DNA of 32,000 bases from positions 600,001 through 632,000 of the forward strand of contig NZ_CP007496.1 of NCBI RefSeq assembly GCF_000803625.1, given 5' to 3'. This DNA comes from Candidatus Nanosynbacter lyticus. Lineage in GTDB: Bacteria > Patescibacteriota > Saccharimonadia > Saccharimonadales > Saccharimonadaceae. Under the pieces are notes generated by a model. That model made no database searches. It was not told where the DNA came from and saw only the letters and a program-made list of their open reading frames with translations. Position numbers and translations under genes: made by a program. Numbering within the stretch: the stretch's first letter is position 1; every line of letters starts with the position of its first letter. Positions 23,892 to 31,909 of this stretch are shown here, piece by piece.

Positions 23892-24893
23892 ATGAGCCAT
23901 CACTCCTCCTCGCCTGCCATGCCCGGTGTCAATCTGGGTGGCTGGCTGGTGCTAGAACGATGGATGACGCCAAGTGTATTTGCCGAAATAGACGCGACCA
24001 ACGAATATGAATTATCTCAAACCGTAGACGGACAGGCGCGCATCCAGCAGCATCGACAAACCTTCATCCAAGAAGCTGACCTCAAATGGCTGGCGCACGC
24101 TGGTATACGACTACTAAGACTGCCGATTGGCTACTGGGCGCTCGAGGATCAGCCGCCGTATCTATCAGCAAAACCACAGATTGATTGGCTGATGGACATG
24201 GCTCGGCAGTATGATTTACAGGTGCTGCTCGATCTCCACGCCGCGCCTGGTGCTCAAAATGCCAGTGACCACAGCGGTAGCGGTAATACCGGTAACGTTC
24301 AATGGTATCAACGCGCCAATCAACAAAAGACCACGCAGATACTACTGGATATCGCCAGTGAATACGGCGGGCATCCAGCGCTATGGGGTATCGAACTGCT
24401 CAATGAGCCCCTGGTGAACACCCGACGTGAACGATGGCAATTGTGGCGGTGGACACGCAAAACGAGCCGAACATTGCGTAGTAAATTGCCGCCTCATGTG
24501 CGCATCGTGGCGTCTGATTGTTACCAGCCAGCCTGGTGGTCGGGGCGCGTCGGGTCTAATACGCTGGATATACATCATTATCAGTGCTTCTCCGATACGG
24601 ACAATCAAGCGACGTCGCTAACTCACCACCGTCAGGTACTTGACCAACGGTCTGGCGAGTACCGCGATTATGCCCAGCAGCAGCCACTAATCATCGGCGA
24701 GTGGAGTGCTGCCCTGCCGCCAGGCGTTGCCAGCGATAGTACCGAATACGCCCACTGCCAATCGCAACTTGCCGTACCAGCAAACGTTGACGCTTGGTTT
24801 TACTGGAGTTACAAGACTGAAAGCCCTGGAGCTTGGAACTTTCGAGATTGCTACAGCAAGGGGTGGTTTAACGGTATGCTTAGCTCACGGTAG
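23892..24893 (+). CDS. Glycoside hydrolase family 5 protein (exo-beta-1,3-glucanase/cellulase-like)
   Basis: VNLGGWLVLERWMTPSVF, GIELLNEP (acid/base Glu in the NEP motif) and IIGEWSAA (nucleophile Glu) are present. No signal peptide is visible. Confidence 0.8.
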   Translation: MSHHSSSPAMPGVNLGGWLVLERWMTPSVFAEIDATNEYELSQTVDGQARIQQHRQTFIQEADLKWLAHAGIRLLRLPIGYWALEDQPPYLSAKPQIDWLMDMARQYDLQVLLDLHAAPGAQNASDHSGSGNTGNVQWYQRANQQKTTQILLDIASEYGGHPALWGIELLNEPLVNTRRERWQLWRWTRKTSRTLRSKLPPHVRIVASDCYQPAWWSGRVGSNTLDIHHYQCFSDTDNQATSLTHHRQVLDQRSGEYRDYAQQQPLIIGEWSAALPPGVASDSTEYAHCQSQLAVPANVDAWFYWSYKTESPGAWNFRDCYSKGWFNGMLSSR

Positions 24894-24909
24894 ATGGTAT
24901 AATGGATAT

Positions 24910-25086
24910 ATGTCTTTTCCTAAATTAATTTACAGTATCGCAGTCCTGGTCATTATCGCTTGGGTATTGAGCATGGTATTTCGCCTTGCCGCCTGGTTGA
25001 TCAACGGGTTGCTTTATGTTGCAGTTCTGGTTGTTGTTATTGGCCTTATTGCACAATTTATCAGCCAGAAAAAGCAGCGAAAATAA
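24910..25086 (+). CDS. Small two-TM hydrophobic protein (58 aa)
   Basis: The translation is MSFPKLIYSIAVLVIIAWVLSMVFRLAAWLINGLLYVAVLVVVIGLIAQFISQKKQRK. TGgTATAAT (24895-24903) lies 6 nt upstream of the ATG. The track ORF (24706) is an out-of-frame overlap with the GH5 gene. Confidence 0.55.
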   Translation: MSFPKLIYSIAVLVIIAWVLSMVFRLAAWLINGLLYVAVLVVVIGLIAQFISQKKQRK

Positions 25087-25107
25087 CTCGCCTGTCACTA
25101 TAGAATA

Positions 25108-25134
25108 ATCACGGCAGATTTACGCCGCCGTGAT
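25108..25134. terminator. Hairpin between the convergent small membrane protein gene and aspS
   Basis: ATCACGGC (25108-25115) pairs with GCCGTGAT (25127-25134) around an 11-nt loop. On the minus strand it is followed by a moderately T-rich tract. Confidence 0.5.
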
Positions 25135-25139
25135 GTATA

Positions 25140-26981
25140 TTATAATCCTAATTCTCGTAGTTGCACTGGATCAACCGTCGACGGTGAGTCCATCATCACA
25201 TCGACACCCGAACCATTCTTTGGAAAGGCTAAGGTTTCGCGAACATTAGTTTCGTCGATGAGCTCCATGAGGATGCGGTCGACGCCAAAGGCGCAACCAG
25301 CGTGTGGCGGTGCGCCGTATTTGAAGGCGTTTAGCATGGCGCCAAATTTTTCTTCGACGTAGCTTTTGCTAAAGCCAAGCAGATCAAACACTTTGTACAG
25401 CACCGCTGGGTTGTGGTTGCGCACGCCGCCAGAGCAAATTTCGTAGCCGTTCATCACCATGTCGAATTGATCAGCCACGATAGCGAGTTTTTCGGTATCG
25501 GTCGTCGCCGATTCCAGCGCCTTTAGACCGCCCTTTGGCATACTAAATGGGTTATGGCCAAAATCAAGCTTCTTGCCGTGGTCGTCCCATTCATAAAACG
25601 GAAAATCGATGATCCAAGCAAACGCCACCACACTCGGGTCTTTCAGGTTGAAATGAGTAGCAAATTCGTTTCTCAGACGGCCAAGCACGGCGTTGACAAC
25701 TGGGCGAGCGTCAGCACCAAAGAATATAACGTCACCGTCCTCAGGGTTCATTTTCTCTATAAGTAATTTGTGTTCTTCGTCTGACAAGAACTTTGCCACT
25801 GGCGAAATCACATCATAAAAACAAGGAGCGTTAGTATGCATTGGTATCACGTGGCCCTGCGCCTCATCTGTATTTTTAATTGTCGCGTACTTGATATAAG
25901 CTAAACCGCCCGCCCCCTCACTTTTGGCAATGTCTGTGAATTGGTCAATTTGCTTGCGGCTGAGACTGGCGCCATTTTTGACGCAAATCGCCTTGATACA
26001 CTCAGCGTTTTTGAACACGCCAAATTCGGTGTCGGCGAATACATCTGTCAGTTCAATCAGCTCCATACCAAAGCGCAAATCCGGCTTGTCCGAGCCATAC
26101 GTCTCCATGGCGTCGCGGTAGGAAATACGCGGAATTGGACTGCCTTCACCAACAGACAGGTCGCTCAAATCCAGCAATTTCTTGCCCGCAAACTCAGTCG
26201 CTAGCTGTCGCATCAACGGTTCGACCTCACGGCGAACTTCCTCGCCGTCCTCAACGAAACTCATCTCCAGATCCAGCTGGTAAAACTCGCCGTACAGTCG
26301 ATCGGCCCGCGGATCTTCGTCGCGAAAACACGCCGCCAACTGGTAATACCGCGGCACGCCGCCAACCATCAGCAGCTGCTTGAACTGCTGCGGTGCTTGC
26401 GGTAGAGCGTAAAACTTACCTTCTTGCAGACGACTGGGGATCAGAAAATCGCGCGCGCCCTCGGGGCTGGAATTTGCCAAAATCGGCGTCTGAATTTCGA
26501 TGAATTGGCGCTCGTCCATGTACTGATGCATCCGTCGGTACATTTCAGCACGTTTTTTCAGCATCTGTTGCATCTTCGGGCGGCGCAGGTCGAGGTAACG
26601 ATACTTAAAACGCAAGTCCTCGCCCGCTTGGTTTTCCTCGGCGAACGGCTGAATTGGCAAGGTCTCAGCACGGTTGAGAATTTCCAGATTTTCCACCACG
26701 ATTTCCACATTACCGCTGGCAATATTTGGGTTTTTCAAACCCTCGCCACGCTCAGTCACCACACCGCTGGCACGAATCACAAACTCATCGCGCAGACTTT
26801 CCGCCAAACGAAAGGCTTCCGCCTGCTCAGGATTAATCACCAGCTGCACCAAGCCAGTATGGTCGCGTAGGTCAATAAAAATCAGCCCGCCGTGATCGCG
26901 CCGGGAGTGTACCCAGCCCGCTACCGTAATACTTTTCCCAACTTCATCAGAGGTCTTTGCTGCCAAAATTCTATTTTTCAT
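25140..26981 (-). CDS. aspS: Aspartyl-tRNA synthetase (bacterial type with insertion domain)
   Basis: An N-terminal OB fold (VAGWVHSRRDHGGLIFIDLRD), class II motifs (FRDEDPRADR..., GGVRNH, GAPPHAGCAFGVDR) and an internal GAD-like insertion are present. Confidence 0.95.
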   Translation of the reverse strand: MKNRILAAKTSDEVGKSITVAGWVHSRRDHGGLIFIDLRDHTGLVQLVINPEQAEAFRLAESLRDEFVIRASGVVTERGEGLKNPNIASGNVEIVVENLEILNRAETLPIQPFAEENQAGEDLRFKYRYLDLRRPKMQQMLKKRAEMYRRMHQYMDERQFIEIQTPILANSSPEGARDFLIPSRLQEGKFYALPQAPQQFKQLLMVGGVPRYYQLAACFRDEDPRADRLYGEFYQLDLEMSFVEDGEEVRREVEPLMRQLATEFAGKKLLDLSDLSVGEGSPIPRISYRDAMETYGSDKPDLRFGMELIELTDVFADTEFGVFKNAECIKAICVKNGASLSRKQIDQFTDIAKSEGAGGLAYIKYATIKNTDEAQGHVIPMHTNAPCFYDVISPVAKFLSDEEHKLLIEKMNPEDGDVIFFGADARPVVNAVLGRLRNEFATHFNLKDPSVVAFAWIIDFPFYEWDDHGKKLDFGHNPFSMPKGGLKALESATTDTEKLAIVADQFDMVMNGYEICSGGVRNHNPAVLYKVFDLLGFSKSYVEEKFGAMLNAFKYGAPPHAGCAFGVDRILMELIDETNVRETLAFPKNGSGVDVMMDSPSTVDPVQLRELGL

Positions 26982-26988
26982 ATCTGTT

Positions 26989-26997
26989 ATTATACCA
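26989..26997 (-). promoter_or_regulatory. Extended -10 box of aspS; predicts a leaderless mRNA
   Basis: The minus strand reads TGgTATAAT, then 7 nt (AACAGAT), then ATG 26981. Confidence 0.6.
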
Positions 26998-27014
26998 CAG
27001 CAGCGACAGTTTTA

Positions 27015-27023
27015 TGCTATAAT
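27015..27023 (+). promoter_or_regulatory. Extended -10 box of the Mrr-like gene; predicts a leaderless mRNA
   Basis: TGcTATAAT, then 6 nt (CACCAC), then ATG 27030. Confidence 0.6.
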
Positions 27024-27029
27024 CACCAC

Positions 27030-27833
27030 ATGGATAGCTATACGGTGGGCACTGTAGTCATCTTTTGTTCAATTACGTGGATTATCGCCAGTCCCCTTGT
27101 GATTTTTCATTATAGAAAATTATATCTCACAGCCTCTCGTGAGCTAGAAGAGTTAAGTCAGAAAAAGACAACCGCAGCAGACGCACAGTCAATCAAGAAA
27201 CCTATCTCGGAAAATGTACAGCTAGACAAGAAGCCCACTGCAGATGACATGTCTAATTCAGCCACATCGCCCAGCGACCATGAACTGCTCACCAAAATTC
27301 GCTCCATGTCACCGTATAATTTCGAAAAATACATCGCTCAATTATTTGAACATTTTGGCTATTCGGCTGCAACCACTCCGTATAAACGTGACGGTGGCAT
27401 TGATATTGTATTATACAAAAACGGCGTCCAGAGTTATGTCCAATGTAAAAAATATATCGAAAAAATTGTTAAAGTATCCGAAATGCGTGATTTTTATGGT
27501 GCGGTTGTTGATCATTTACATGGAGGTGAGGCATTCTTTGTCACTACAAACATCTTCTCCTCAGATGCACGAAAATTTGTGAAATATTCTACCAATGGCA
27601 ACAGAATACGACTTATTGATAACACGGGACTACTTACCATCATCCGCGCCCTTGAAGATAAAGGTGTCGTAATACCAATTCCTGATGTATCAGACATATC
27701 TCAAAAAATTAAACCATGCCCACGCTGTCGCGGCGGTCATCTGGTGATAAGACATAGCAAAAAAGATCGTTCGCCATTTTACGGATGCTCCAATTACCCT
27801 GAATGCCATTACATGCAAAAAATAGACTCTTAG
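27030..27833 (+). CDS. Membrane-anchored restriction-endonuclease-fold (Mrr_cat-like) protein with a C-terminal topoisomerase-type C4 zinc ribbon
   Basis: It has an N-terminal TM helix. The core MSPYNFEKYIAQLFEHFGY...RDGGIDIVLYKNGVQSYVQCKKY...FVTTNIFSSDARKF matches the Mrr catalytic-core pattern D-(D/E)xK. The C-terminus CPRCRGGHLVIRHSKKDRSPFYGCSNYPEC matches zf-C4_Topoisom. Confidence 0.75.
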   Translation: MDSYTVGTVVIFCSITWIIASPLVIFHYRKLYLTASRELEELSQKKTTAADAQSIKKPISENVQLDKKPTADDMSNSATSPSDHELLTKIRSMSPYNFEKYIAQLFEHFGYSAATTPYKRDGGIDIVLYKNGVQSYVQCKKYIEKIVKVSEMRDFYGAVVDHLHGGEAFFVTTNIFSSDARKFVKYSTNGNRIRLIDNTGLLTIIRALEDKGVVIPIPDVSDISQKIKPCPRCRGGHLVIRHSKKDRSPFYGCSNYPECHYMQKIDS

Positions 27834-28837
27834 CTCTTTAAGTCGTCAGTGTTGCGATTTTTATGCTCAATAACCTTACGGAGTTCTTCATCAGAGTCAA
27901 ATTCATTATCTATCTTACGACCCAGCAACTCCTCCATAACATCGCCCAGACTCAGTAAACCCACCGTTTCTCGGATCTCATTAATAACAATAAAAAGATG
28001 ATGCTGAGTTTTTAAGAATGCAGCCAAAGCGTACGATAGAGTCTGATCTTTATCTATATAGTAAATATCTCTACTCATAACTTTTTCTGCACGATAAGAT
28101 TTTGACTTGCAGTCAATGGTTAACAAATCTTGAATCCTTAACATGCCAACTATATGATCAATATCACCTTGGATAACCGGAAACCGGCTATGGCCTTTTT
28201 TATGAAGATCGTCTAAGACTAATGGCCCAAGAAACTCATCCACCGACACCGCCTCGATCATACTTCGTGGCGTCATCACACTCTCAACTATCATATCGTT
28301 AAATTTTAGCCCACTATTAATTAGCTTCTTTTCGTTAGCAGAGAAAACTCTACTCGACCGAGCAACTATCTCCAATAGCTCATCCTTCGATTCAACTACA
28401 CGACTATCATTTACCGTTGGCGAAACCGAACGAATTAGCGAAAACAATAATTGATGACGTTCAATAATCGTTAAGATTTGCTCTTCATATTTTTCATATA
28501 ACTGCTGTGAATATTTTTGCCACAAACGGATCCGCGCCACTGCACCGATTTCAAGAGCAATTATCATTGATGATATGAGTCCAATTGTCCAGTGAAATAA
28601 ATTGACACTAATAACTGTTAAAATAACCAGCAGTAAAGACGCCAGTACTCGTTGCAAAGAAATTATATCGTATAAGAATTTTTGCTGGCGCAAATAAATA
28701 TCGGCCTTTTTATCACCCTTTTTACTTCGACGTTGCAATTCAAATTGACTATGCGACGGCGCATTTGGTCGGATTCCCAGCACAATCAACAACGCCGCTA
28801 AAACAGCTAAATATCCAATAATTAGCATTATCATCAT
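27830..28837 (-). CDS. CNNM/DUF21-CBS-pair transporter (CorC/TlyC-like, lacking the CorC_HlyC C-terminal domain)
   Basis: An N-terminal multi-TM DUF21-like region is followed by a tandem CBS region (VESVMTPRSMIEAVSVDEFL...SRFPVIQGDIDHIVGMLRIQDLL...HLFIVINEIRETVGLLSLGDVMEELLG). Confidence 0.7.
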   Translation of the reverse strand: MMIMLIIGYLAVLAALLIVLGIRPNAPSHSQFELQRRSKKGDKKADIYLRQQKFLYDIISLQRVLASLLLVILTVISVNLFHWTIGLISSMIIALEIGAVARIRLWQKYSQQLYEKYEEQILTIIERHQLLFSLIRSVSPTVNDSRVVESKDELLEIVARSSRVFSANEKKLINSGLKFNDMIVESVMTPRSMIEAVSVDEFLGPLVLDDLHKKGHSRFPVIQGDIDHIVGMLRIQDLLTIDCKSKSYRAEKVMSRDIYYIDKDQTLSYALAAFLKTQHHLFIVINEIRETVGLLSLGDVMEELLGRKIDNEFDSDEELRKVIEHKNRNTDDLKS

Positions 28838-28890
28838 AGTTTTATTGTACCGTATTTCGTGCTATACTTGCTAGAGTAAACGGAGGTAAA

Positions 28891-29583
28891 ATGAACAAGA
28901 AAAGCTGGATAATTTTCTCAATTATTGTAATAGCAATTGTTGGCGGAATGATTTATATTTCAACACAAAATCGACTCAATGTGAGCGATATCACAAACGA
29001 TCAGTTGAACACAGCAATAGCCGCAGAGTCCCGAAACGGCAACATTGCCGACCATGAAATTGGCAGTAAGAACGCTAAGGTGACTATTGTTGAGTACGCG
29101 GACTATCAATGTCCTGGCTGTAGCGCTGCTGCACCAAAAACTGAAGAAATTGCAAAAAAATACAAGGATAATGTAAGGCTTATCTTCCGCAATTTCCCAA
29201 TTGCTGGCTCACACCCAAATGCACGCGCTGCCGCAGCCGTCGCTGAAGCCGCTGGACTGCAAGGAAAATTCTGGGAGATGAATAGTCTCTTATACTCTAG
29301 CCAGGACGCCTGGAAGAATGCCAGTGCCACAGAGCGCGACACGATATTTAGGTCATATGCAGAAAAACTAAACCTCAACATTGATCAGTATAAAATCGAT
29401 GTTGCCAGTAGCAAGGTTAAGAATAAGATTGACTTTGATATGGCGTTGGGACGCAAACATGGTGTTGCCGCCACTCCAACCTTCTATGTCAATGGAAAAA
29501 ACACTGAAATGGATAGCTCGGGCTCAATTGAATCATCAGTAAAAGAAGCGCTTAAAAAGGCTGGCGTAGAAATAAAAGATTAA
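28891..29583 (+). CDS. DsbA-family thiol:disulfide oxidoreductase, membrane-anchored
   Basis: An N-terminal TM anchor is followed by a thioredoxin fold with the CPGC active site (YADYQCPGCSAAAP) and a TPTFYVNG cis-Pro loop region. A GGAGG Shine-Dalgarno and TGcTATACT lie upstream. Confidence 0.8.
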   Translation: MNKKSWIIFSIIVIAIVGGMIYISTQNRLNVSDITNDQLNTAIAAESRNGNIADHEIGSKNAKVTIVEYADYQCPGCSAAAPKTEEIAKKYKDNVRLIFRNFPIAGSHPNARAAAAVAEAAGLQGKFWEMNSLLYSSQDAWKNASATERDTIFRSYAEKLNLNIDQYKIDVASSKVKNKIDFDMALGRKHGVAATPTFYVNGKNTEMDSSGSIESSVKEALKKAGVEIKD

Positions 29584-29603
29584 TATTATTTGACGAAAAG
29601 CCA

Positions 29604-29640
29604 AAATCCCGCTCCGGTGCCTTGGAGCGGGATTTATTTA
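29604..29640 (+). terminator. Intrinsic terminator after the dsbA-like gene
   Basis: A 12-bp stem, AAATCCCGCTCC (29604-29615) pairing with GGAGCGGGATTT (29624-29635), is followed by ATTTA. Confidence 0.8.
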
Positions 29641-29936
29641 TAGTCGTCCCTATTCTATTATGAGAGCGACTGCACTTTTTATTGTGCTATGTATGTTTGC
29701 CATTCGGCAGGCACCACATCCACCGCGATCTTTTTGCGCCGGGATGGCACAAACTTGATTGCTATTGGCATGTGTTTTGCACTCCTTATTATTATGTGCA
29801 GCCCCACGCGCTTCGACCTTTATCACTTATATATATCAGCAATTTAATGCTTCGGCGCGAGACACATCAACAATGGTACCAAACGTCTATTGGCACGTCA
29901 AGCAAAAACATTTTAAAATGCCTACTTATTTATATA

Positions 29937-30857
29937 TTAGAATAAGCGAATTCGCTTGGCAATAACCATAACAAGTAAAATCAACAACGCTGTAAAACTG
30001 GTAATTACTGGATATGCCCAAGGCTCCCCCTGAAACGGCAAGGCAATATTCATTCCATACATACCATAAAAGACATTCGGAATTGCCAGCAAAATAGTAA
30101 TAGCTGTTAAAACTTTCATCCGCTGATTCAAAGTATTATTAGCCACGGTCGAATAGGCATTTTGAATACTTGATATGGTGTGTGCACTGGAGCTAATTGC
30201 TACTAAAATCTGCTTGATATGTAAATCAATATCCGCCAGCGCTTCTAAATCTCGTGTTTTAAACAAATGACGGCGATTCTCCATCAGTTGCGCAATAACA
30301 TGAGATATTCCCTCCAGGCTGCTTTGATACTCATTAAGTGTATCTTCAATTGCTACAAATTTAATAAAATCAGCATTCTCCACCTCGCGACGACTTAGAC
30401 GCCGCCGAGCATCAGCAATCTTCTCCGTTAACAAATGCACACGTTGTTCGTATTGAGCAATAATATATGCTAGATTTGCAGCAAAAATTCCCGCTGGCCG
30501 CTCAGTGGTGCTAAATAAATAATCACTAATTTCTAGAGGCGAGAATTTAGCATACGGCGATATTGTAATATAATGACCGCCCGAAATCGCAATTAAAAAT
30601 GGCACCGTTTTGCCAGAATCAGTTCTCCCAAACGGCATGCGCGTAAAGACATATTCAACACCATCAGAGAATTCTGCTCGAGGAAGTTCATGAATATCAA
30701 GCACATCACGCACTACATTCGTAGACAGCGATAAAGCCTTAGATACACGAACAGCATCAAAACTACCGCCCAAGTGAATCCAGCCATTTTTATGCATTCG
30801 ATTAACTTGCGTCAGCTTCTCGGTCAGTGATCTGCGCTCAAAATAACCCACCACCAT
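29937..30857 (-). CDS. corA: CorA-family Mg2+/Co2+ transporter, paralog 1
   Basis: The C-terminal two-TM unit carries the YGMN signature (FYGMYGMNIALPF). TATAAT lies 6 nt upstream of ATG 30857. Confidence 0.85.
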   Translation of the reverse strand: MVVGYFERRSLTEKLTQVNRMHKNGWIHLGGSFDAVRVSKALSLSTNVVRDVLDIHELPRAEFSDGVEYVFTRMPFGRTDSGKTVPFLIAISGGHYITISPYAKFSPLEISDYLFSTTERPAGIFAANLAYIIAQYEQRVHLLTEKIADARRRLSRREVENADFIKFVAIEDTLNEYQSSLEGISHVIAQLMENRRHLFKTRDLEALADIDLHIKQILVAISSSAHTISSIQNAYSTVANNTLNQRMKVLTAITILLAIPNVFYGMYGMNIALPFQGEPWAYPVITSFTALLILLVMVIAKRIRLF

Positions 30858-30916
30858 GAAAAAATTATAATATACATAAGCTATATTAGCAATTTAGACT
30901 CGAGGTGACGCCCGCG

Positions 30917-31831
30917 CTACCTACGCCTTAAGAAATAATATCCCACAACAACAGCCAGAGCCATACTAATTGCGGCAATAATCCAAAACATCACTGGATT
31001 ATCAGCTCCTGGAACTGGCACGTTCATGCCGTATAAGCCAGCAATCATCATCGGGATAGTCAAAGCTACCGTAATTACCGTTAGAAGACGAATCGTCTCA
31101 TTAAGTCGCGTGTCCATCACTGCTCGGTAGCTATCGCGAACATTTGTAATAGTCCTCAATAAACTTTTACATCGCGCAATTACCTGCTCTAAATCAATCG
31201 AAATATCTTCAACATCTTCCTTATCATCTTCCTTCAGACGCAGTTTTTGGGTTGCTAAAAGGCGCTCGATTGCCCAGTTCATCGGAATGAGAGCGTCTAA
31301 ATAATCGTTCAATTTGCGTTCATATTCAGCCAACGTCGCAATATCATTAACTCTCAATGTATGAATATTATCCGTAGCAGCACGCATTTGACGGTTAATC
31401 GTTGCCACCCGCCTCTGGTATTGAGTTGAAATTGCTTCAACCATAGTAACCAGAAGTTCAATTTGCCGATCAGTTCTAATTCGCGTCTTATCAATAAATG
31501 GCTGCCATAAACGCCCCAAGCTATCCCGCGATAATGTCACAAGATAATCTTTATTCAGACAAAATAATATTGGCGTGGTAAAATCATTAAAATCATCATC
31601 TGTATCTGGTAGACGGGCAATTAGATACGTCCAGTCATTATCAAATTCAATACGCGGCACCTCGTGTGGATCAAGCGCATCACTAATTAAATCCTCGTCC
31701 AGACCTAACGTCAATAGCTGAGCCACCTCCTCATCGCTCGGACGCTCACAGCGCACCCAAGAACCTGTACGCAATTTTTCTTGCGTACTAATCACCGAGT
31801 CGTTACTTGACGAGCGAAGATACTGTAACAT
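30917..31831 (-). CDS. corA: CorA-family Mg2+/Co2+ transporter, paralog 2
   Basis: The C-terminus carries AGLYGMNVPVPG (GMN motif). I trimmed the start to ATG 31831 because the track start at 31867 would run into the upstream terminator hairpin. Confidence 0.85.
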   Translation of the reverse strand: MLQYLRSSSNDSVISTQEKLRTGSWVRCERPSDEEVAQLLTLGLDEDLISDALDPHEVPRIEFDNDWTYLIARLPDTDDDFNDFTTPILFCLNKDYLVTLSRDSLGRLWQPFIDKTRIRTDRQIELLVTMVEAISTQYQRRVATINRQMRAATDNIHTLRVNDIATLAEYERKLNDYLDALIPMNWAIERLLATQKLRLKEDDKEDVEDISIDLEQVIARCKSLLRTITNVRDSYRAVMDTRLNETIRLLTVITVALTIPMMIAGLYGMNVPVPGADNPVMFWIIAAISMALAVVVGYYFLRRR

Positions 31832-31865
31832 AATTTCTATATTATAAAATAAAATATCTATAAAC

Positions 31866-31901
31866 ACAAGAAAACCTGCCCTATCGACAGGAATTTCTTG
31901 T
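31866..31901 (-). terminator. Hairpin terminating the minus-strand gene that enters from the right edge
   Basis: ACAAGAAAACCTG (31866-31878) pairs with CAGGAATTTCTTGT (31888-31901), forming an interrupted stem. On the minus strand it is followed by GTGTTTAT. Confidence 0.5.
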
Positions 31902-31909
31902 GTGCATTA

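Noticed and set aside
20704-27030. Long N-terminal extensions given by the ORF track for mscS (20704), the small membrane protein (24706) and the Mrr-like protein (26892). The same applies to dnaK (2379), hrcA (3743) and corA-2 (31867) outside this range.
   Set aside because: The extensions overlap the neighbouring gene, a promoter, a CIRCE or a terminator, and they add non-homologous residues. Internal ATGs coincide with homolog N-termini and with -10 or Shine-Dalgarno signals.
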